From Macrostomum lignano (lineage: Eukaryota), in NCBI GenBank assembly GCA_002269645.1, contig NIVC01002523.1, forward strand, positions 1 through 64,000: a stretch of 64,000 nt of DNA, written 5' to 3'. The translations under genes were made by a program, and so were the position numbers. Shown in pieces: positions 37,546 to 57,205 of the stretch. Numbering within the stretch: the first letter of the stretch is position 1; each line of letters starts with the position of its first letter. The notes beneath the pieces are model-generated. The model was not told the origin of the DNA, searched no databases, and saw only the letters and a list, made by a program, of their open reading frames with translations.

Positions 37546-40311
37546 ATCAAAGTTTTTAAGGATCCAAGGGACATAAGGAGAGGCAGAGGCCAGAGTTTGC
37601 CTGTTCGCAGCACCCCAGCCAACAATATAAATGTTTGCCTCAAATCCTAATTTTTCACGAATGTACTCTATTTTATGTTTAATTCTAACCTAACTATATA
37701 TTAACGAGTTTTTGTTTGAGTTTGACCTCAGATTTTAGAATACGAGTACATGCAAAAATAGTTCCAGGGATTGAAATTCCCCGGGTTCAAAATCTGCGGG
37801 TTTCAACAGCTTGTTTATATATATAACACAAGTAATGGTAGCAATACAAATGCAAATCAAATCTTGGTAAGCAATGCAAATCATAACACTTTGGAATATA
37901 CATGCTAAAATATGTATAGTTGAGCTTTAAGAGAAATTATAATTTTTAATCCATACAATATCTAATCAATTTAAATATATATTATTTGGCATATTGTACA
38001 TTTAAACTTTAGCACTAACAAGAACTAAAAGATTAACCTAGCTTGCTATAATAACCCTACAATATTATATAGTGCATGTATCTTGTTATATACATTTTAT
38101 TATGCTTGGTATATCAAAGATAAATATATATATAAATCATTAGGGGATTGAATTATAGACTAAAAACTTATATTTAGAGTTCTAAGTGTTACAATACAAT
38201 ATTATATATATATATCTTGAATTGTAGGCCTAAAAATTTTCATTTCAGACAAAATTACCAAATTGGCAAATAAATGAAATGATTTTTTATAAATATTAAT
38301 AGACAAAAATGTGGCAGATAAAATAGTAGGCCTAGATGAAATCACCATTAACACTAACCTTTCTTACCCCTGGGGGATGACCACTCTTCTATCTCTCAGT
38401 GGGATGACCTAGGGCCTATTATGCCTTAATTTTTTAGTTTGAGCTTGTTATAGGCCTTACATATTCTTATGAGATTTTAGTATAATGCATTGTTCTAATT
38501 TGAAAAATTCACTGGGAAAAAGGCTGACCACCTAATTAGTACCCCTTTTTCTAATTCTTGGAGATGCTAGGGCCTATATTGCCATTGTTTCTAATTGAAT
38601 TTAATGATATCTAATAATATAATATAATAGAAAATTCTAATCAATCCTAGGCCTATATGATCTCTAGATAAAACAAGGGCTACTATTAATAATAATAAAA
38701 CACTTTGATAAACTTGAAAACAATGCCAATGATAATTTTATATAGATAATACTTACACATTTTGAAAGATGCCTGGAAGTTTAAAAATGTTGCCAGCCAT
38801 ATTTTAATTTTAATGATTAGGCCCCTGTATATTTTAAAATGTAAGAAAAATTTAGCAAATGACTTTTTATCAAAATCTTTAGAATAAATAGCCTAGCTGA
38901 TCTAAAATTTGGAAGCCAGTCAGTCTGGCTCAGTGCTTAAATAAAAGATTATAGGCCTATTTGTGTTCAGATTAGGCCTATGCAGTAAGCCTACAGTTGC
39001 AAAACAAGACAGTGAGATGGACGATGGCTGCACGACTTATGTTGGAAGGATTAGAGACAGCTAGTTGACGATATATGCTGAAAGCTAGGCCTATCGAGTG
39101 CAAGTGCAAGTTCAGCCGGGTCCAAAAATATTGAAGTTGTCTATATTACTATATATGCCTACTAGCCTGTTTAGGCCTACTAATATTAATAAAACTAGGC
39201 CTAACTAACCGAGGGGCCTATAAGTAATAAAACTATTAGCCTTGAAATTAACTTACAACATAAAGATTTATATTTTTAAAAACTGAATCTGAATTAAGCA
39301 GCACAATTAGACTTGTATACGGAGACCACGAACTCAATTTTCATTTACATTTCTAGGAATATGACGGAGGCTTCACGATGGCTGCATGGTTAAATTACTT
39401 GTTATGTTGTTAAACGGGGGTGGGAGGAGGAGCGCTGCCCGCGGATCAGCCCTAAGGGGGCTCTGCCGCATGGATCTTGCTGTGGGCTATACTACCAGGG
39501 GCTTAGAGCCCGAGAGGCCACTATTGGAACCAGAGCTTAGGACTCTGGGGAGAGCATGAAGCATTGGAGCTACTAACCCAAACCTATGGACTAAGACACC
39601 GCCAACCCAAAAGTGGAATCAGGGACGGTGCTATAGGACCGAGTCCACCCAGACCAGCCCCAGCAGACAAGTCTTTGGGAGTGCGCAAAAAAATGGGATT
39701 GAAAAATGTTTGGGTTACTACTGAAAGCGGTCCGAGAGCGGGAAGACCCCTCACGGTTTTGTCGATTTTTTCATATTTTTTTCAGGAATTAGAATTAGTC
39801 GTTCTATTTTTAGTTACACACCATCCAATCTGATAGTCGTAGTGATAAAACTGAAATCGTAGGAACGCTTTAAATGTCCTCCATCAGAATGATTAAAGAT
39901 TCTCAAAGATTTTTCAAATTCTCAAATATTGGGCACAAATTAACATCTCTGGTACTCCCCCCTATTCAAGGCCTTGATTGAGATCATCACATCAGCATGT
40001 GGATAGGGGTCGCGCAGGCCATTAGAGAGGAACAGAAACCAAGTCAGGGCATATGTACAGAAACAACTTTAGATTGGTCAATAGCTAGAGAGGATTTCAG
40101 GGTATACTCACCGCTTGGTGGTGTACGGATACGTCGAGGCGTACAATTTCATTATCGCACATCCCCATACAACAAATAAGGAAAAGTTTAAAAGGGCTTT
40201 TTTGAAAACTAAATGATCAAGCGCAAATTATTTAAAGAGTTGGTTGTTTCTGAAGTCTGCTGGCAAACCTACATGTAAATACATATAAGCCGGCCTTACG
40301 ATCAGAGGCAC

Positions 40312-40627
40312 CAGGGGTGTCGCCATAGATTTTTTGGTGGGGGACAATTGCCAAGAATCCTAATGACTAAATTCCTACATTATTTTGGGAATCAGGGTTG
40401 TTAGCACTCATTTTGGCGCCGCCGCCGCATGCACTCATTTTGGCGCCACAGACCCTCATTTTGGCTCAGATCGAAAAGTGCTATGTTTTGACACCCTGAA
40501 GCAAAATTATAGATTTACATAACGGGTCACAAACGTGGGGTGGGGGGACAAAACATCGGCATGTCCCTCCATAGCTCTTACTAGGGGGGGGGGGGGGCTG
40601 TCCCCTACCCCGGTGGCGACACCACTA
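40312..40627. mobile_element. hAT-like MITE
   Basis: Imperfect TIRs CAGGGGTGTCGCCA / TGGCGACACCACTA; the 8-bp flanks AGAGGCAC / AAATGCAC match at 6 of 8 positions (decayed TSD). Confidence 0.6.
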
Positions 40628-41125
40628 AAATGCACTCCTTTTTGCGTAAGTTGAGATGCCTCCAAAAGTTTTTTTATTATAACTGCGTGAAAAATCAGTT
40701 GGAAGAATCAAATACACTTAGCATTTGGTAAGGATGACAACGACTCACGAGAGGTATTCTATACAAGAATCTATAGCGAACCTATAGGAACAATGGAAAA
40801 CTCCATGAATATTCTTTCGCCAGTACTAGAACAATGATAGATTTGCAGGAACAACTAAGTAATTGAAATTTAGCTGTCCATGCTAGCTAGCTAGTTATTG
40901 GAGGATGCAATCGAAAATAACTCCATTCCCGTCCAATGAATAGGGCGATTGCTTTTAGCTGCAGCATCATTATGGTCAGGACCATGCAGCGAACGGGATT
41001 GGAGGAGACCAAAAGCCACCATGTGTATAAATATGCCACACTAAATCATCTCATGAGCAGCTCTCGAGCTCGACGGGTTCAGATAAGCGTTCGTGAATTA
41101 TCCATAGCCAGCGCAAAATCTTTGA

Positions 41126-41851
41126 ATGCGTCTGTTGTTGTTGCAGCTTCTGCTCATTTTTGGGCTAGTTCTGCTCGCCCAGCAGCCCGAGCCGTCCATG
41201 GCTGCCCCTCCCGCGGGCTCGCCGGCCGATTACATCAACGAGGCTGGTGACGAAGGCTACTGCTGCTTCCCGGACCAGTGGCACGCCACTCTGTTGCAGA
41301 CGAGCCATCGCCACCTGCACTACCTGACCGGTAAAGTTCCGTCCGACAAGGACATTTTTTTTTCGACGATCGTCTCGGCCACCGTCGGCTACAAGAGTCC
41401 GACCGTTTTCGAGATGCGCTCCGACGAATGCTCCTTTCTGTTCTGGCGCGGACTGCTGTGGCTTCTGGATCCAACTGGCCGGAGGCCGAGCCGCCTGTTG
41501 AGCCGGAGAACCCCAGCCGGCCACACGCCGATGATCTGGCAGTGCCTGACCCGTCAAAACGGCTTCCGTCGGCTCAACGCCACACATTATCGACTGGACG
41601 AATCCGACGGAGACGGCAGCACCGAATGGCCGGCCCGCTACGGAACTGTCACCGACATCTTCGTCCGCTACGACAAGGATAGCGCCGTTGGCCAACGCAG
41701 GTCTGCTCGCACCTGTCAGTTGGAGTCGTTTGTTGTGCGAAGCCGCTACCGCTGGTTCGATCACAAGGATGGAAACGTGGCCCTCTCCAGCGATACGGTC
41801 ACCTACGCCGCTAACGGTTCTGCCCAGGCTGGATGGCCGGACAATGACTAA
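41126..41851 (+). CDS. Single-exon secreted protein, 241 aa, ependymin-related (EPDR)-like
   Basis: Starts at ATG with signal peptide MRLLLLQLLLIFGLVLLA; GC-rich coding-like codons. CCFPDQW resembles the N-terminal CxxPxQW motif of ependymin-related proteins. The family call rests on this motif alone. Confidence 0.6.
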   Translation: MRLLLLQLLLIFGLVLLAQQPEPSMAAPPAGSPADYINEAGDEGYCCFPDQWHATLLQTSHRHLHYLTGKVPSDKDIFFSTIVSATVGYKSPTVFEMRSDECSFLFWRGLLWLLDPTGRRPSRLLSRRTPAGHTPMIWQCLTRQNGFRRLNATHYRLDESDGDGSTEWPARYGTVTDIFVRYDKDSAVGQRRSARTCQLESFVVRSRYRWFDHKDGNVALSSDTVTYAANGSAQAGWPDND

Positions 41852-42332
41852 TGACCGACGTCCGCTTGCGATGACGTGTTCGGCATGCGGTCTACAGTTC
41901 TATCTGAAAAACAAACTATGCAAACAGTTTTTTAAAAGCAGCTCCTCCCTTCTAAATTCTAAAGCCTCTAAGTCCTGAAAGTCTGTCTAAAATTTTTCAA
42001 AAAAAAGTTTCAAATTTATTTTAATTTTTTTAAAGAGCTCTACTTTGCCCGAAAAAATCCATTAACACTATCCAAAATTGTTTTTAATCAACTTTTAAAG
42101 CTAAAAATAGGCTACTGATGCAAGTCAGTCCCCCTGTCCAGCAGCTGGCCAAAGCGGGGCCACCATAACTTCAAAATTTCAATCAAATTCCCCCTGCAAA
42201 CTCTCCAACCAGTTCGCTGAAAATGCGATAAAAAATAAACAAGCATTGTTAACCAAACAGCACTACACTGCTTTTAAGTTCATTCTATTAAAATATCGTT
42301 ACATTAATTAAGGCAGAAAGCGAGGTACGGAG

Positions 42333-42760
42333 ACTGAGATGCCATGGCTCAAGGGGAAGTTTCTGAGATGCCATGGCTCAAGGGGAAGTTTCTGAGATGC
42401 CATGGCTCAAGGGGAAGTTTCTGAGATGCCATGGCTCAAGAGGAAGTTTCTGAGATGCCATGGCTCAAGGGGAAGTTTCTGAGATGCCATGGCTCAAGGG
42501 GAAGTTTCTGAGATGCCATGGCTCAAGGGGAAGTTTCTGAGATGCCATGGCTCAAGAGGAAGTTTCTGAGATGCCATGGCTCAAGGGGAAGTTTCTGAGA
42601 TGCCATGGCTCAAGGGGAAGTTTCTGAGATGCCATGGCTCAAGGGAAGTTTCTGAGATGCCATGGCTCAAGAGGAAGTTTCTGAGATGCCATGGCTCAAG
42701 GGGAAGTTTCTGAGATGCCATGGCTCAAGGGGAAGTTTCTGAGATGCCATGGCTCAAGAG
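42333..42760. repeat. 29-bp minisatellite (CTGAGATGCCATGGCTCAAGGGGAAGTTT)
   Basis: About 15 units with the palindrome GCCATGGC and no spacers. Confidence 0.97.
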
Positions 42761-43519
42761 ACCAGACACCAAAGAGACCAAAGATCCCTTAGGAGAACAG
42801 TACCTGCCCAAAGTGCCAGGTATGGATAGAAAATGAAGTTCACATCCTGTTAAAGTGCAGTTGGAACTTTCTAGTGTTCAGCGCGATACATTTAAACAGA
42901 ATTCTCAGATAAAGATTCGAATTCTTTAAACCAATACTGCAGAGTATAAAGCGTTTTACCCAATGACCCAAGAAGATCGGGGCAGATTGGAAATTCTAGC
43001 ACAGCTCATCAAAGACAAGACACAAGCTGGAGTGCAACTGCCCTGAGGCTGGTACCAAAAAACAAGCTTGAGCTCTGTTTGCGCATGAGATTTCAACGTC
43101 TCAGCGTCCGAAGTTTTTATTTAACTAGATTTTTTTATTATCTTTCGTTGTATTAGTTAGTTAAACTAATTTAAAAATGTCATAAAATGTAAAAATCAGC
43201 ATCATAGGCGTGTGCATTTAATAATCATGATATTAATCATAGAATAATAGCAGTAATACGACTAAGCATAATTAAGAATATCTGCATTGACCAGCTATAC
43301 AGGCATTAGGCAGTAACGCAATAGTTTATAAATAAGAAAAAAGTATCTGCCGAATAAAGTGTTGGCTCTGAGGGTTGCGAATGAAAAAATTCTCAGCTCG
43401 CAGTTTTTAGCTTGTATATGGTGCAATTATATAGCTGTAATCTTCAGGGATTATGACATCCAAATAATCTTAGGATTTTGAAGTCTTGGTTAATAAATTT
43501 AGTGTCACATATTGTAAGG

Positions 43520-43815
43520 CAAGTCAGGAGTCTAAACCAGTCAGGTCAGCATGAGTCAGGAGTCTAAACCAGTCAGGTCAGCAGGGGTCAGGGGACTCAA
43601 TTAGTAATTTCAGCAGGGGTCAGGAGTCTCAATCAGTCAGTTCGGAAGGGGTCAGGAGTCTCAACCAGTCAGGTCAGCAAGGGTCAGGGGACTCAATTAG
43701 TAATTTCAGCAGGGGTCAGGAGTCTCAATCAGTCAGGTCGGAAGGGGTTAGGAGTCTCAATCAGTCAGGTCAGCAGGGGTCAGGAGTCTCAACCAGTCAG
43801 GTCAGCAGGGGTCAG
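43520..43815. repeat. ~32-bp minisatellite (GTCAGGAGTCTCAACCAGTCAGGTCAGCAGGG)
   Basis: About 9 variant units. Confidence 0.88.
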
Positions 43816-44467
43816 CAGTCCCCAGGTCCGATGCACAGCGCCTCACGAAAGGCCCGCCGCCACGGCACCACCTCTCGCCTACCAGACTTGACGGGCCAGT
43901 GGCGGACGTCCTGGGCGCTGACAGGGTGGTAGTATTCGCACTGTCGCTGCAGACTCTCGTACATGATGACGTACTGCTCTCCTCGGCCATAGTAGCTCTG
44001 CAAAATCTGCAGCCGCTTGTCCGTCAGCTCAAAAAATCGATCGCTAAGAAAATTAAACGAGAGGCAAGCAAATCAGAAAATAAAATGGTACAAATCTTTT
44101 ATTGTTTTACTCGTAGTTTACTTGCATTTCTACTATCAGTAGAATTATTCAAAGATATCCATCGCTATAAAAATCGCCGCTTTAAATTATCGATTGAACT
44201 GCTGATGAAGCTTTGAAAACTTCCTACTATTCCGAGCAGTTCGTAAAAGTGACTTCTTTTAAACAAAAATAAACGATTCGATCAAAGCTCACCGCTTGTA
44301 CACGTGGTGGGCCGCCACGCAGCCGTCTTTGACAAGAAATGCGGCCACCAGTTCGATCTTGCCGAGGATTTTTTGGCGCCATAGCGATCGGCAAATATCT
44401 TCTTGAGCCGCAGCGCCAGCTGCCAGTTCAGACTGGTGGCACCGAGCGAGTCCCCGGCCATGGCAAT
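43812..44467 (-). CDS. 3' exons (44467-44293, 44043-43812) of an alpha/beta-hydrolase-like gene; 1-nt frameshift in the A6 run near 44370; 5' exons unresolved
   Basis: IAMAGDSLG is a GxSxG nucleophile-elbow-like motif. Adding one A gives ...YGAKKILGKIELVAAFLVKDGCVAAHHVYKR, which splices in phase 2 (CG|gtgagc...ttag|C) to DRFFELTDKRLQILQSYY...GPGDC*. Confidence 0.6.
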
Positions 44468-44494
44468 CTGGCGTGGGTTTTGATTGTTTATCAA

Positions 44495-45215
44495 CTGATC
44501 AATCTGTCAATCTATCAGTCGATCAATCTAGCAATCGATCTATCTATCAAACAATTAATCTATCAGTTAACCTATCTATCGATTGATCATTCTATCATGC
44601 TATAAATTGTCAATCTATCAATCTATCAATCTATTGGTCGATCGATCTATCAATCTATCAATCTATGAATCTATCAATCTATCAATCTATTGATCTATTA
44701 GTCGATCGATCTATCAATCTATTGTTCGATCGATCTATCAATCTATCAATCTAACAATCTATTGGTCGATCGATCTATCAGTCTATCAATCTAACAATCT
44801 ATTGGTCGATCGATCTGTCAATCTATCAATTTATCAATCTAACAATCTATTGGTCGATCGATCTATCAATCTATCAATCTATCAATCTAACAATCTATTG
44901 GTCGATCGATTGATCAATCTATCAATCTAACAATCTATTGGTCGATCGATCTATCAATCTATCAATCTATCAATCTAACAATCTATTGGTCGATCGATCT
45001 GTCAATCTATCAATCTATCAATCTAACAATCTATTGGTCGATCGATCTATCAATCTATCAATCTATCAATCTAACAATCTATTGGTCGATCGATCTATCG
45101 ATCTATCAATCTATCAATCTACCAATCTATTGATCGATCGATCTATCAACCTGTCAATTTAACAATCTATTGGTCGATCGATCTATTATTCTATCAATTT
45201 ATCAAACCATCAATC
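44495..45215. repeat. Compound (ATCT/TCAA)-type microsatellite with recurring GGTCGATCGATC
   Basis: Seen directly. Confidence 0.93.
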
Positions 45216-45924
45216 TCACAAATATCACATTGTAATGAAAATAAAATCGATCAATTTTACTCAATTCATAATTCTATCCGTCAGAGAATCTACGAGCTAT
45301 CAGATCCTAATAAAATAGCTAGTTAACTCAATTGAAGCGAGTTCATAATTTGCATTTCTTTATTAGCTTTCTTAAGCTAAGGTGACTTGGAATCGCACAG
45401 CACAGCAGATAAGAATTGTGCAATTGCCAATATCTCTTACCTGCTATACCAAACTTATTTAATATTCAATAGCGAAAATTCATCTAGGTATTATCCAGCT
45501 CAGGTAGTTTAATAGCAGTGTCTCACATTGCAGCCACTGCTCGGCTATCTCTTCTCTCTCTCTGTATTCGAGCTTCTCTTTCTCAATTTTATAGCAACAG
45601 GCGCCAGAGAGTGCTACAGAAGAAGCCCAAGCAGCAGTTATCATCTTCATTGCTCAAAATGTCTCGCGTCTAATTATTATAACCATATAAGTACAATACG
45701 ATTTGTGCCCAGCACTTGGGCAATGTGCTGAAAACTGTGCTTTGTAATTGTCGGTTTGAAGATGAAGAGCAAACTCAGCTAGATTAAATAGCGATCTGCA
45801 GTTTCTTTCAGCGCTGCATTAGCTATTTCTTGCTTGGATTGAATGAGAGTACTCTACTACTTTCTTTGATCTTCAAAATAAAAATGCAATAAGCTCAGAA
45901 GGGCAGATTCAAGTAGCGGAGATT

Positions 45925-46548
45925 CACTGGGAACATAGTAAGCATTCACTGAGAGCTTAGAGAGCAGATTCACTGAGCTTAGTGAGCATTCACTAAGAGC
46001 TTAGTGAGCATATTCACCGAGCTTAGTAAACAGATTCACTGAGAGCTTAGTGAGCATATTCACTGAGCTTAGTAAACAGATTCACTGAGAGCTTAGTAAG
46101 CGGATTCATTGAGAGCTTAGTAAGCATTCACTGAGAGCTTAGTAAGCATTCACTGAGAGCTTAGTAAGCGGATTCATTGAGAGCTTAGTAAGCATTCACT
46201 GAGAGCTTAGTAAGCATTCACTGAGAGCTTAGTAAGCATTTACTGAGAGCTTAGTAAGCATTCACTGAGAGCTTAGAGAGCAGATTCACTGAGAGCTTAG
46301 TGAGCATTCACTGAGAGCTTAGTGAGCATTCACTGAGAGCTTAGAGAGCAGATTCACTGAGAGCTTAGTAAGCATTCACTGAGAGCTTAGAGAGCAGATT
46401 CACTGAGAGCTTAGTAAGCATTCACTGAGAGCTTAGTAAGCATTCACTGAGAGCTTAGTAAGCATTCACTGAGAGCTTAGTAAGCATTCACTGAGAGCTT
46501 AGTAAGCAGATTCACTGAGATCATAGTAAGCAGATTCACTGAGCTTAG
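45925..46548. repeat. 22-24-bp minisatellite (GCATTCACTGAGAGCTTAGTAA)
   Basis: About 27 units. Confidence 0.95.
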
Positions 46549-46860
46549 TGGGATTTGAGACGAGAGATGAAAGGAGAGGGGAGAGAGGAAAGAAGAGAGC
46601 TGAGAAGAGGCTCAAACATTGAGCCTGATTGCTATTGTGAAGTTTTAAAGGACCCGAGTACCGGATAGGAGGCTTTGCGTCTGGGCCAACATGGGCCAAC
46701 CGCAGGTTTATATCGCGCTATACCATAGACATAGAAAATATTACTGAATGCCGCTTAATGTTATGCTGTACGCTCGTATCTGTGAAATACATCTAGCTTT
46801 CACAACAAAACCCACGTGATGCCGGTAGTGCTTGTTTTTAACTTTAACAAGGCAAAACAA

Positions 46861-47825
46861 ATAGCATTTCCCGGTCAATTTGGTCCTAGAATCACTCAAT
46901 TTAATCCGCAATAGAGAAATCCAATTCATTCCGCCGTCATTAGAGATATTGATATGTCTATGGCCCAATATTCTGTTTCGTTCCACTCAATTTAATCCCA
47001 AGGACTACTTGAGTAGAAGGACGGGAGACCTCGTTTCTTAGAAAAGTTTTGAAGGCACTTTTTCCCGAAAAAATACACTACGGAGATAGGAAGTTTTCAT
47101 TTTTTCAGCACAAAAATTGTTATTGCGTTTGATAGGAGGCAGATCCAGTGTTCATCTCTTGATATGTTGTGCCTTTTTTATTGCTCTATCGATATTTATA
47201 GGAGCTTTTCGTTCAGAAAACTAGGATTCTATGTTAATTTTTTATTCTACGTATGTTTCCTGTATCTAAAAATCACAAAAATGCATGACACAGCTCCAAT
47301 ATTTGGTTTTATGAACCTATTTTATCATCTCTGTTACAAATATTTGCTACAGTCGGGTAAGAATGATAAAATAGACTCATAAAACAAAAGAGCCGAGCCG
47401 TGGCATTCTAATGTATTTCAAGCACAAGACACGCGAAAAAATACGAAGAATAAAAAATTAACATAGAATCCTAATTTCCTGAACGAAAAGCTTTATAAAT
47501 ATCGATAGAGCAATAAAAAAGGCACAACATATCAAGAGATGAACACTGGATCTGCCTCCTATCAAACGCAATAACAATTTTTGTGCTGAAAAAATGAAAA
47601 CTTCCTATCTCCGTAGTGTATTTTTTCGGGAAAAAGTGCCTTCAAAACTTTTCTAAGAAACGAGGTTTCCCGTCCTTCTACTTAAGTCGTCCTTGTTTAA
47701 TCCGGGGGCACCTATTTCGCGTATTTTCTTATTTTCGCATCTCTAGTGACGGCGGAATAAATTGGAATTCTCTATTGCGGATTAAATTGAGTGATTCTAG
47801 GACCAAATTGACCGGGAAATGCTAT
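46861..47825. mobile_element. Outer MITE-like element with ~85-bp TIRs, interrupted by the 46999-47695 insertion
   Basis: ATAGCATTTCCCGGTCAATTTGGTCCTAGAATCACTC...ATTAGAGAT (46861-~46948) is the reverse complement of ~47739-47825. Confidence 0.75.
46999..47695. mobile_element. 697-bp non-autonomous DNA transposon with long TIRs and 8-bp TSD (P-superfamily-like CANRG ends; hAT not excluded)
   Basis: Ends CAAGGAC...GTCCTTG; inverted arms exceed 200 bp; perfect TSD TTTAATCC at 46991-46998 and 47696-47703. Confidence 0.85.
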
Positions 47826-48386
47826 ATTAAACTCGTGTTCAACAATGACTTTATTGTTTAATTTAAGTAAAGCAAAATCTGAGAGTTTAAATTCTCAAAC
47901 TGGTTCCAAGCTTTTTTGTCTATCACCAGAACCATAAGATCTTAATGTGTCATCGCAAAATCAGATAGTTTTTTCTCACCTTTTCCCTGGTCAGCTGGTC
48001 TGACCATAAACCATAAACCATAGAATGTTAATGCACCACTGTACAAAGCCTTTATAGCCAAGAAGGTAACTATTTATACCCGACTTAGAAAAAACGACTT
48101 ACACTCAATATCTAGCCAATACTGTTACTGTTAACAGAAACTGTACTGTTACACTCAATATAACAGTACAGTTCACTCTAAAATCTGCCAAAACAGGCCT
48201 TTTTGCAAGAGAAAGCAAGGAAAGGTCTATTCAGAACATATACTTTTTCATCAAGGACTTCAAAACATTATCGGCAGTTAAGGCTGTTAGTCTTTTTTTC
48301 AGCGTATAATTTAGTCAAGCACGCCTACAGGAAGCATAAATAGGCAAAATCGCAAGTATTCATTAAGCTTGAATCGGGCCGTGCAG

Positions 48387-55811
<7,425 letters not shown>

Positions 55812-56324
55812 GGCGCTCTTCTTTGTAGAATATCGTTGAGCAATGATGACGCAGGAGGCAGTTTTGAGTAAATTTAGCTTGATATCTTGCCCTCTGTCGA
55901 GCCTTACGCGAGACTTTATGAGACTTAGGGCGCCATATTATTACAATAAGTTCTATATTGAACAGGAGCTTTGCACAAGCAGTGCAGAATCGCAGGGCTT
56001 CGTTTGAGAGGCAAAGAAAGGGGGGGGGGGTAAATGGTAGTAGGTTTTTCTCTCTGTCTGTCTATCCTACTCTACTCTAGCTCCTATTGTTAAATTACAT
56101 CCGACCCTCCTCCTGGTCAGAAGTGTACTCAGTGGGTGGATAGTGCAAGCCAACTAGCTGCATTCGACATCCTTGTTTTTAATAAGGGTTTAAAAAGCTA
56201 GAGCGAGCAATTAAAAATAGCTAACATCCAGGATGCTATTAGCTCAGGCTATGCTCGCACAATACGCTTAAGGCTACTCCGAGCAGAAGAACAAGTGCTG
56301 GAGCAATGCCCAATGAAATTGTGA

Positions 56325-56788
56325 TCTAGATAGAGATGGATTGGGATTTAGATAGAGATGGATTGGGATTTAGATAGAGATGGATTGGGATTTAGATAGA
56401 GATGGATTGGGATTTAGATAGAGATGAGATTGGGATTTAGATAGAGATGGATTGGGATTTAGATAGAGATGGATTGGGATTTAGATAGAGATGGATTGGG
56501 ATTTAGATAGAGATGGATTGGGATTTAGATAGAGATGGATTGGGATTTAGATAGAGATGGATTGGGATTTAGATAGAGATGGATTGGGATTTAGATAGAG
56601 ATGGATTGGGATTTAGATAGAGATGGATTGGGATTTAGATAGAGATGGATTGGGATTTAGATAGAGATGAGATTGGGATCTAGATAGAGATGAAATTGTG
56701 ATCTAGATAGAGATGGATTGGGATCTAGATACAGATGAAATTGTGATCTAGATAGAGATGGATTGGGATTTAGATAGAGATGAGATTG
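56325..56788. repeat. 22-bp minisatellite (GATAGAGATGGATTGGGATTTA)
   Basis: About 21 units, related in sequence to the 23-mer at 53878. Confidence 0.96.
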
Positions 56789-57042
56789 GAGTATGGAGTA
56801 TGGACCATAAGTATGGAGTAGTCATTAACGATTACGACAGCTATTATAACTTTGCAGAAATCATTAGGCAATTGTAGTTGCCAACTACGAGGTTGTACCT
56901 TGTAGAGTGTGGACGTAAGTTCTAAAAATAAAACCCATGCCATGTGTTCCACACATGCTTTCCAATCTCTTTCCGCTTTGGCAACCCCAATCAACCATTA
57001 ATAGAAAATCATACCTATAAATAGAAAATCTGCAGGTTCCCC

Positions 57043-57122
57043 TTCTAGAATTCGAATTCTAGAATATTCTAGAACAAAAAGAGAATCCATGGATTCCCGA
57101 GCCCACACCAATGGTATATATA
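57043..57122 (+). promoter_or_regulatory. Heat-shock element (perfect TTCnnGAAnnTTCnnGAA at 57057-57074, plus TTCnnGAA at 57043-57050) followed by CCAAT (57108) and TATATATA (57115-57122)
   Basis: The sequence matches the HSF nGAAn inverted-array consensus, and its spacing to the TATA box is typical of heat-shock promoters. Confidence 0.65.
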
Positions 57123-57205
57123 CAGCCGATTCACACCGCCCCTCGCCCCACCTGCTCCGCCCGACTCGCCCTGCCTCGCCTAGCCTCACCTTGCTCTCTT
57201 CTGTC

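Noticed and set aside
36092-37643. Long Leu/Ser and Arg/Glu ORFs
   Set aside because: Artefacts of the polypurine tract.
39564-39833. 89-aa ORF in a GC-richer island
   Set aside because: Non-ATG start and no recognisable homology; possibly a decayed retroelement, but this cannot be supported.
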